Below, in pieces: positions 12,901 through 24,334 of a stretch of 64,000 nucleotides of DNA. The stretch spans positions 9,982,001 to 10,046,000 of the forward strand of contig NC_045138.2 in NCBI RefSeq assembly GCF_008831285.2, read 5' to 3'. The notes beneath the pieces were generated by a model. It saw nothing but the letters and a program-made list of their open reading frames with translations, ran no database searches and was not told where the DNA came from. The DNA comes from Nymphaea colorata (taxonomy: Eukaryota). Position numbers and translations under genes: made by a program. How positions within the stretch are numbered: position 1 is the first letter of the stretch; each line of letters opens with the position of its first letter.

Positions 12901-15900
12901 ATGAAAACAAAAAATGTAAAAAACTTCAGTCACCTCCTGTCTTCGCCGCTGTCGTCGCCGTTGCCGCAGCCGCTGCCGAAGCCGCAGTCGTCGCCGCTGC
13001 TTCTTTGGCGGAGAGGTAAATGTTGTCGGAGAGAGACGAGATTTAAGGAGTCGAAGGTTTCGGTTTCGTTTTACCTTTTTCTTTTAACGTCAAAATATTT
13101 TTTAACGTTAAAATCAATTAAACGTTTTAAAAAAATGGACAAAATTGGACCCGGTCAATGTTGACCGTGTCCAATTTTGGACGGATATGGTCCCCGGTAC
13201 GTTGACCGTACCTGGTACGGTCAACGCGTACCGGGGCCATACCGGTACCGGTACCGGTGTCGTATCGGTACCGGACGGGGGGGCGTACCCATGTTACATA
13301 GCTCTAAAAGCTTCCAACACTTTTGATTTTAAAAGATGTGCCATCAACTGTTGAAACAGATAATGAGACATCAAAATTATAGCATTTGAAAGGGTTTCTT
13401 CATTTAGGGTCATATGGGAAGAAGCTTCTGAGTCTAAGAGCCAGGCAGACATACCTGGTGGTGAAGAGTTAGAGATGGTGGCTTTTGATATGGACGAATT
13501 TGCTTCATGAGTGGTTCAAGAGCCTCCATGAATTGTGCAAGAGATATTGATCCAACTGATGTTGATTCTTCTTTTGCACTCTCTTCAGATTCAGCAATTA
13601 TGAACAACTCCCTTATCTTTGAAAGGTTCATCTCTTCTATGCTTAGGAATCTTGGCTTGATATGTCCTACTTCACCACATCGATGGCATGAATTTTCTTT
13701 TTGAGAAATCATAAAGTATGGAGATTTACGTGCTTTAAACTTTGGAAGTTTTGAACGAAAACTTGTAATAGCAAGGAGATTATCATTCTTGGTTTTAAGA
13801 TTAGAGTAACCTATTCTCCTTCGTAGAGAGCTCAGCAAGCCTCTTGAATTGAAAAAAGTGCTTGCTATGAAGGAGAGATGTCCTAACCAATGTTGTAAAA
13901 GGCATATCGTAACGTGCGTCAATTGGGCGGACCTATACGTTGTATTGTAACATATCGTAAATGTAGCGTAGCATATCGTAAAATTAAGTTTTTAATTCAA
14001 AAAAATAAAAGAAATTGAAAAAAATAAAACTTCAAAAAAAATAAGGAAAAATGTATTCCATATGAAAAACTCATCTCACATAAAGAACATTCATGATTCA
14101 TCATTTATAAACCATAGTATATCAATTATCAATAACACATTCAGAAATGAGAAATCATAGATTAAGAATAACATAATAAGCTTCAATCACAAGTTTAAAA
14201 TGTTTTAAATTGTATCGCAAGTCCACAACATATAATTGTTCATTGCCAAGTGCCAAATATCATGATTATCATCATCAATCATTGATAATCATCATCATTT
14301 TCTTCGTTAATTGTTTCAATGCCTTCAAATGGAATGTCCTCACCAACAAATGATTGATTTTTCTAGAAAACTAGTAAAAACTCGCCCTCCCACAACCCTT
14401 AGAGATGTTTAGCAAGCAGAAGGGAAGAGCTATTTTAAAAAGAAGCATGGAAAAAGGAGTTTTTTTGTTTGTCCCTATATCTTACCCGTATCGTAAGATA
14501 TGAAGCGAATTGCCCATATCATATGAGATGGCCCCCATATGGCACGATACGAGCGTTACACCTATGATACACCGACGTCTCGTGTATTATAGGCCTATCT
14601 TATAGGTTTCTCAAACTTATATCCATATCATGTGATACAGATAACACCGGCCCTAACTCTCGTAACACCTTTGTGTACTTGTTGAAGGACCGTAGTGAAG
14701 TGCCCAATGTCATTGAAACTTTCATAGTTTCATTATTCTTGTGGAAACTCAGTTTGAAGCCTCTGTTAAGACCTTTCGCTCTGAAAATTCACATGAGTAT
14801 ATCTGTCATTTTGTCGATAGTTTTTTTTCGGCAAAGGAGGATTGTTCATGAGACATCTTGTAGTTATACCCCTCCTCAAAATGGGGTTGCCGAATGAAAG
14901 AATCGTCAGTTGCTAAATGTCATGAAGGCTCTTTTGTTCCAATGACATCTTCCAGAGAAGTATTGGGAGGATGTTGTGCTAACCAGTGCATATTTGATTA
15001 ATCGTATGCTAGTATGCCTAGTTGTGTGTTGAATGGACAAACGCCTCATTCTATGTTAGCACAAAGTCGTGAATCTTTTTTCTCTTACACCTCGGGTTTT
15101 TGACTGTCTGTTTTATTCACAATCATAGTCCTAATATCAGAAAACTTGATATAAGGTCGATTAAGGGAGTGTTTCTTGGTTATTTTCTTATTCAAAAAGG
15201 ATATAAGTGTCTAGACCCTTCCATTGGTCGTGTATATGTAACCAAACATGTTTGCTTCCTGGAACATGTTTCCTATTTTGGTAGGAATTCTCTTCAAGGG
15301 AAGAGGTCCATAAGAGAAGAGTATTCTCCAAATTAAGAGATTCAGTTTACAGACTTTCTGGAGTACAAAAAAGAATTTACAGATCTCTTGGAGCACAAAA
15401 AGGATGATGGTTGCTCCATTAGGAATGAGGAGCGTGACCTCTTGTTTGGGCAGGTTTACTCCAGGAGAAGACTGACTGCAAAAGAGGTCCCAGGTGAGTT
15501 GATTGGTAACAAGAATCTGAGTCTCAATCCTACACCTTCCCTGGATGACCCAAATCGTGCTTGTGAGATGTCGGTTGAAGGTGGTCAGAGAAAGGAAATG
15601 AAGAGTTACTATTGCTTTCAGAAAAGGTATCGGCCTATTAGGTCATGTACTCAACACTTTATTGCTAATTTCATATCATATTCTAAACTGAGCAAGAACT
15701 ATAAATGTTTTATATCGTCTCTTTCTATAGTTGTGATTCTCAGGACTGTTACTGAGGCTCAGAGCAATCCCAAGTGGGCTCATGCAATGCAAGAAGAAAT
15801 GGAAGCACTAAATAAAAACAGAACGTGGGAGGTGGTAAATATCCCTGAAGCGGCTCATTTGGTAGGATCCAAGTGGGTCTACACCATTAAATATAAGTCA

Positions 15901-18900
15901 GATGGAAGTGTGGATAGGTACAAAGCTCGCTTGGCTGCCAATGGGTTTAGTCAGAAATATGAGATTGACTACTTGGAAACGTTTGCTCTTATTGCAACGT
16001 GGAAGGCAGTCAGAGTTATTGTTTCCTTAGCAGTTATAAATGAGTGGATGATGTACCAACTTGATGTTAAGAACACATTTCTAAATGGAGACCTCGAGGA
16101 GGAAGTATATATGTGCATGCCTTTAGGATATGAGGAACCTGGAGAATGCTGTAGGTTGAAAAAAACTTTGTATGAGCTCAAACAATCTCCCCGGGCATGG
16201 TTTGAACAACTTAAACTTGTAATGAGACAACATGGATATTATCAAGGTAATGGAGATCACACTCTCTTTGTAAAGAGAAAGGAGCACAAGGTCACTCTTC
16301 TGTTAGCATATGTTGATGATATGATTGTCATAGGTGATGATGAAGTTGAAATAACAAAGTTAAAGGAACTGTTGACCCTTGAATTTGACCTCAAGGACAA
16401 GTTGAAATATTTCCTTGGCATTGAAATTGCTAGGTCTGGCACAAGTCTTGTGTTAAATCGAAGAAAGTACACTCTAGATTTATTAAAGGAGACTGAGAAA
16501 CTTGGGTGTAGACCTGCTCCTACTCCTATAGATGCTAGAAACAAACTTAGCATTAGAGATGAGGAGCTCCTCTGTGAAGAAGCAAAAGGAAGATCTCAAC
16601 GTCTTGTTGGGAAATTGATTTATCTCACTCTTACTAGACCTGATATTACTTTTGTTGTGAATGTGATGAGTCAGTTTATGCGTGCACCGACATATGTTCA
16701 CTTAAAGGCAGTTGACATAATTTTATTTATTTGAAGAGGAGTCCTAGCAAGGGCATCTTGTACATTAAGCAAGACTCTCTTGAGATCGAGGGTTATTCTG
16801 ATGCTGACTGGGCAAAATGTGTTGATACTAAGAGATCCACCTCAAGCTACTGTATTTACTTGGGAGGAAATCTTGTGGTGTGGAGAAGTAAGAGACAGGA
16901 CGTTTGCTCTCGCTCTAGTGCTGAGGCTGAATATAGAGTTGTGATAATGGGGCCTTTGAGTTGTTGTGGCTGAATTGACTGACATCAGGATCAAAACTAA
17001 GGGACCAATGAAGATGTATTGTGATAACAAGTCTGCAATCGACTTGGCCAACAGTCCGATATTACATAATAGAACGAAGCATGTGGAGATTGACCGTCAT
17101 TTCATTCAAGAGAGAATTGATGCTAAAGAACTTGTTCTACCTTACATGAAGTCCGAAGGCCAGACAACCGATGTTCTGACCAAGGCCTTGTCATCAACTT
17201 CATTTAAGAGAAATGTATCCAAGTTGAACATGTTTGATCTGTACGCCCAACTTGAGGGGGGGTGGTGACGTGTTTGTATGTTTGGGTTTGGGTCTGGACC
17301 CTGTCTGACCCGCTATTCATGTTGAGCTCTATCTAAACTGTTGCTTATTGGAAGAAGAAGGGGCGAGAGAGATAGAGGGAGAAAGTGAGAGGACGAGAGG
17401 GAGAGAGAGGAAACTTTTTCTTATTGCTGCACGTAACCCTAATCTCATATTAATATGAGACTAGGGTGTGTTACCAATTTACAAAAATAGTCCACTCAAC
17501 ATAGGATAATAATTAAGTGGACCTATTTCAACTTTCTAATGTTTTAGAAAGCCTCCACCCGACTACTATAAGTACTTAACACTCCCCCTCAAGCTGGAGC
17601 ATAGATATCAATCATGCTCAACTTGTTACATCCTCTCAAGAAATCGCCAATGGGATGAGCCGTAGTGAACATATCAGCAGCTTGATCTTCAGAAGAGACA
17701 TGAATGGTGTCAATGACTCATTCTTGTACCAAGTCTCGAACATAATGACAATCTACTTCAATGTGTTTAGTCCTTTCATGGAAAACAGGATTATTTGCAA
17801 TGTAGGTTGCTGCTCTATTGTCACAGTACATCTTCATTGGGAGTGTCACTGAAATCCCCAATTCTAGAAGCACGGATTTGACCCAAGACATCTCAGCCGC
17901 AGTTTGGGCCATAGCCCTATATTCAGACTCAGCACTAGATCTAGCAACCACATTCTGTTTCTTGCTTCTCCAAGAAATAAGATTCCCACCGACAAAGACA
18001 CAGAAACCTGTAGTAGATTTCCTGTCATCTACTGACCTAGCATAATCAGCATCACTATATGGTTCTATGTCCACACATGCTCCCTTTTTGAACCATAACC
18101 CCTTTCCCGGGGCTGATTTCAAGTATTTTACCACCATTAGAGCAGCCTCCCAATGAATTTTCTGAGGTTTTTCCATGAATTGACTTAACTTGTTCACAGC
18201 AAAGCTGATATCTGGTCAAGTGATAGTCAAGTATAAAAGTTTCCCTATCAACGATCTGTAAGGACGGGAGTCAAAAGCTTCTGAGTCATCATCATGAATA
18301 TGAATTCGAGGATTCATAGGAAGTGTAGCCGGTTTGGCTCCCAATAACCTTGTTTCCTGCAAAAGATGAAGAACATATTTCCTTTGAGACATCACAAGTC
18401 CTTTATTACTGCGAGCCACTTCAATGCCAAGAAAATAACGAAGTGGACCAAGATCTTTTGTGACAAAGTGTTTCTGTAGAAACTCCTTTGTCTGAGCTAA
18501 CTCGTGAATACTTTCTCCAGTGAGGACAATATCATCAACATATACAATCAATATCACTATACCAGAAGTCCCCCTCTTGATAAACAACGAGTGATCAAAC
18601 TGGGACCTATGAAATCCACAATTAGAGACAACCACACTGAGCTTATGAAACCATGCACGAGGGCTTTGTTTAAGCCCATAGATAGCCTTTTTAAGTTTGC
18701 ATACCTTGGAACACTCCCCTTGTCGTTCAAAACCAGGTGGTTGTTGCATATAGACTATTTCAGAGAGATCACCATATAAAAATGCATTTTTCACATCAAG
18801 CTGAAAAAGGGGCCAATCCTGCTGAACTGCGAGAGATATAATAAGGCGAATAGTACCTAACCGTGCCACAAGCGAAAACGTCTCGAAGAAGTCCACACCA

Positions 18901-21900
18901 TAAGTCTGTGTATAGCCTTTAGCAACAAGACGAGCTTTGAAGCGCGCTCTACAGACCCATCAGAATGTTATTTGATTGTGAAAACCCATTTGGAGCCGAC
19001 AATGTCACAATTCATCGGTGGGTCCACTAAGTCCCAAGTTTCCCTAGAAAGAAGAGCATTCATTTCCTCCTACATAGCTTGCTTCCATCGTGAATCTAAC
19101 AACGCTTGGTGGTGAGAGGTTGGAATAGTATGACTATCCATAGCTCGGTCAAACTGTACTAAACTTGTGCTCAAATGGTCCATAGAAACCGAGTTAGAGA
19201 TAGGATGTCTTGTGCACTGTCGCTGGGCCTTGCGAATAGCAATGGGTAGATCGTTTGCAGAATAGTCATCATTTCTTCCTGAGTCAGTCTTATCATTAGA
19301 ACTTACCTCATGAGAAGATTCTGGTGGACAGCTGGGAGAGGGATCTTGATGCCGAGTATAGACTATTGGAGGTTTACGAAAACGATCGCATGACCGTGGT
19401 TGAGAGGAGGGGATAGACTCAAGTGATACTGAGGGAATAGGAAGAGGGACAGATACGGGGAGTTCAGTCACAGTGGTATTTGATGTGAAGTAAGGACGCG
19501 ATTCAAAGAATGTAACATCCGCACTGATAACCTCTTTCTTATTCTGGGGATCAAAAGATCAGTAGCCTTTTTGATTGGCAGGATATCCAATGAACACACA
19601 TTTAACGACTTGAGCAGCAAGTTTGTTTTTGTTTGGGCCCAAGATGTGTACAAAACAAGTGCATCCAAACACTTTGGGAGGAATATGAAATAATGGTCGA
19701 TCTGAATATAGTATTTGAATGGGAATGCGTTCTTGAATGGCAGACGAGGGTAATCTGTTGATGAGGTAGCATGCAGTAAGAATAGCATCACCCCAAAAAT
19801 ATGCAGGCATATGAGTATGCAACATGAGAGTGCGGGCTACGTTTAGAAGTTGTCGATGTTTGCGTTCAGCAACACCATTTTGTTGGGATGTGTGGGGACA
19901 TGTATATTGTGGGTGAATCCCATGATTGGCATAGAATTGAAGTAGAGCTGAGGATTTAAATTCAAGAGCATTATTAGTGTGAATATTTTTGACAATAATA
20001 CCAAACTGAGTTTTTATTTCATTGACAAATTTATGAATAATACAGATGACTTCAGACCTGTCCCGTAACAAAAATACCCAACTGACTCTAGTAAAATCAT
20101 CAACCAAAACAAGGTAATACCAGAAACGTGAACGAAAGGGAACACAACTTGGACCCCAAACATCAACATGCAGAAGATCAAAGGGACTTTGACTCGATGG
20201 ACTCTGACTTGAAAGGAAACTACTACGTGTATGCTTGCCTAACTGGCATGCATCACATAAGAATGACTCTGATGCAGGAATATCTGGAAAAATACGACGA
20301 AGCTTAGACGCAGAAGGATGACCCAGCCTGAGATGCCACTGCAAAGGAGAAGGCTTCGATGTGAAGGAGGATGCAACAACATCGTTAGGGACAGAGAGGA
20401 AATAGAGCCCCTCCCGTTCTTGGCCGCCACTAATCATCTTCCCAGTTTGTAAGTCCTGAAAAGAACATGAACCAGGATAAAAAATGACTCTACACTGTAA
20501 ATCTCTAGCCAATTGCTTAACAGATAATAGATTAACAGGAAATCGTGGAGCATATAACACATGTGTAATAGTGCCAAAAGACGTGAGATAGATATCACCA
20601 CTGCCCAGAATAGGGGACAACTTGCCATCAGCCAACCCGACGTGTTGTGGTGTAGTGAACCTGGTGAACGATAAAAACATTTGTGGCTGATTACGACAAT
20701 GCCTGGATGCTCCTGAGTCAAACATCCATATCATACCTGGGTCCTGTGTGGGGGCACAAACAGAGAACGTCGAGTCTATGGTAGCTATGCTGGTTGAAGC
20801 AGGGGTAAATCTCTGAGCAAGAACCAGATCATATTTTTCCTTTTTTAAGTTGAGAGAATATAATGGAGATATAGGAGTTGGAGACTCAACCAAAGAAGCC
20901 GTAACCTGTGGAGAAGTCACAGTAGAAGAAGAAGATCATTTTCCTGCATTCGTCCTTCCTCCACCACGCCCTTGAGGACCAGCAGAACGTAGGTGGGGAT
21001 GTTTATCCCAACATCGATCCTCTAAGTGCCCTAATTTACCACAATAGGAGCACTGAAATCTGCCACGTCCTGCACCACGACCTGTACCACGTCCCCTAGA
21101 TCCAATAAGGGAATTATGGCTACGTCCGCCTGACATCACAAGAGCAGAGACTGGGGTGTCATGTGTAGGCTGAGTAAGAGTGACTGCAAGGCGACTCAGT
21201 CTATTATAAGTATCTGCCTGTGAGAATTTGAGACTTCGCCACAGAATACTCAGAAGATAATCTAGACAAAAACTTTGCTACCATACCAGTTTCAAAATGT
21301 GATGCATAACAGTGCTTGCACGGTGGGCGAAGAGCTTTTAATCATTCATACGCAGTAGTCAACGTAGCAAAATATTGTGTCAAATCTTGATATCCTTGCC
21401 ATATGTTACACAACTCCTCTTCCAATTGTAAAATTCTAATGACATTCGTAGCATAAGAGTACGTCTTCTTCAGAAAAGACCACATTTCTTTGGCCTTGGT
21501 GTAGTATGAAATTGTTGGAGCTATACGGGACTCTACACTGTTCATAATCCATGCCATTACAATGTTATTATCTTCATCCCATGTGGCATATTTCCCTTTT
21601 TTCTCAAGGGGTTCATCTTCTTCAATAACATATTTTTTTTATGGCCAGCCACAGACATCATAAAAACTCTAGACCATATCTCATAATTCGACCCATCGAG
21701 TTTGATTGTGGTTCCATACGAAAAAGAATTCCCAGCCATCTTGTATTCATTAGACCCTTCTAATCTACTACTGTCAGCCATAGTAGAAAACCAATGTGCA
21801 AAGACTACAATCAAGGAACGTGCAGTAGGTTGAACACAAACCAGACAGCAAGTATCAAATTTTCAGCTGGCAGCAAGAACAGATTTTCAGACGATAGCAG

Positions 21901-24276
21901 GCAGCAAATATTCAGCAATCTATTTTCAGATAAAGGTAGCAGTCATCAATTCAAGCACACACAAATCTGACAGTACATCTCACCACAACCAGTCAGCTCC
22001 ACGCAACTTCGACTATTCATTAACTTCACACGATTTCAGCTTGTGGCATCAACCACACACAGATCTGCCAAGACAACGTACAGGCACTTTTGCCAGTTAT
22101 GATCCACCAGGTACCAAGCAGATCTGATTATCCTAACCGATCAGACGATCACTGGTCTGACCTTTTTTTTTTTTTCCTCACGGCATCAGATAGGTCAGAT
22201 CTGAAACATCTCATCTTCTTCCACGACAGCCACTAGATCAAATCTGAAACGTTCTGGTCTGATCCACTACTGGTCTGATCTTCCACGCAGGCAATAGGTC
22301 AGATCAGAACCATTCTGATCTGATTCACCATGCAGCCACATCATCTGGCCAAACACCATCATTATTTGGATCTGAATGACAGCTTCAGATCTGTTTTATC
22401 ATCATTTTTTTTTAACGACTCCAACGACAACACAAGGAAGCTAATCACGTTTCTATATGTTAAACGTGATTAGCCCCTTTCCACCAACAAATTAACTTGC
22501 TTGCTTTGTAATCGGCAGAAACCCTAGGCGTGAAACCCTAGTTGGGAGGAAGAGAAGAGTGGTGAGAAGAGGAAGGAACCCTAGACATGAAACCCTAGAT
22601 TGTACAGCCCTAGGTTCACGGCTCTGATACCATGTTGCTTATTGGAAGAAGAAGGGGCGAGAGAGATAGAGGGAGAAAGTGAGAGGATGAGAGAAAGAGA
22701 GAGGAACTTTTCTTATTGCTGCACGTAACCCTAATCTCATATTAATATGAGACTAGGGTGTGTTACCAATTTACAAAAACAGTCCACTAAACATAGGATA
22801 ATAATTAAGTGGACCTATTTCAACTTTTTAATATTTTAGAAAGCCTCCACCTGACTACTATAAGTATTTAACATAAACCTTTGCAACCCTAATTTCATGA
22901 ATTAATGAAAATTAAGAGAGAGATAGAGACTGGCAGCTAGTGGGCACCAGATCTTCTCCACCGTGGTTTTTTATCCCTCGAGTCGAGGGTTTTCCACATT
23001 ACGATCGTCTTCCTTGTTACTATTCTACAAAACAATAAACAAGAAAATTCGCAAGTGTTCTTGACCGTGCTTCAGTCCATCCTTTGCCGTAATGCTTCTG
23101 CTTGACTATAGCATCACAAATTTTTCCTACCAACTATTGATATGACAACACTTTAAATCTAGGGCCTATAGAAGCAACTGCATCTGCTGTAGCATGACAT
23201 TGTAATGAATTAGCTGTGTTGATGGGAATACATATGTCGTAAACCATTTCCCTGCCATCATTTATGTCTGTACTCTCATATGGGCCTAAGAATCTGTGGC
23301 AATATAGAAGGGAAAAAAATTTTGATGGATCCAACACTAGACTTGACACTTGCAACTCTACCATCAGGTCCATCACCACCATGGCCACGCCTAGTATCTG
23401 GTGCACCTCTTTTCTTCCTCCCAAATGGGTCAGATATACCTCCTTCTTACATGATTCATTTCTCATGGCCTTTGAACTATCTAGATCTGTTAGACTGACT
23501 AAATTCATCATCTTCAATTCATTTTCTTCCTCGATTTCCAAAGGCTCACCATGCCTACTTCTGCCTCTTCCATTTGTTTTAATTTTTTTTTAATGGAAAG
23601 CATTAATCATATCTATTGTTGACATACAACTGGTGGAAAAAGCTTCTCTGGTTTCCTCTACATCACTGTGTCCCTACAAAATGGTGCTTCATTCTAATAA
23701 TCTCTCCTAACTAAAATAGTCACGCTGGATTTTTAATTGATTGTTCTCTTTCAACCTTTTGCACCATGGCCATGTGGGATCCGACAATGACATACCTTCA
23801 CAAAAGAATGAAAACCTATGGTAAACTTAGTAAAAAACAGCTGTCAGCTATGAATCTACTGTAAAAACGAGAGATTATATACATTACATAGAAGAAGTCG
23901 GAAAAGCTCCATTTCTCCAATGAGAATGAATCAACCCTCATGTAGATCTGTGCTTAAATTGGCGATTTCATTGCGAAATTGATGCTTTCTTTGTAAAATC
24001 AGCAAACTCTCCCCCTTCTCCAAATCTAGGGTGTGTTTAGAAATAGAGGAGGGGCGCAGTTTAAAAGCTATGTCATAAAAAAGGGGGTTCGGTCCCCCTT
24101 TTTATGAAATTGACTCGTATCGTACGATTCGGGGCCTTTATTACAGGCACGATCTGTGTCACCCATGTGCGGGGTGCGGGTGCCGGTGCTGGTGCGGCAC
24201 ATCTCAAAAAATTTAGGTGCGGCGAGAGTATTTATTATTATTATTATTATTATTAATTTATTATTATTAATTTATT

Positions 24277-24334
<58 letters not shown>

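Noticed and set aside
13434..13922. 162-aa zinc-knuckle ORF as a host gene or pararetrovirus coat protein
   Set aside because: The same strand continues into decayed Copia-order integrase motifs, and the ORF start lies within a hAT end.
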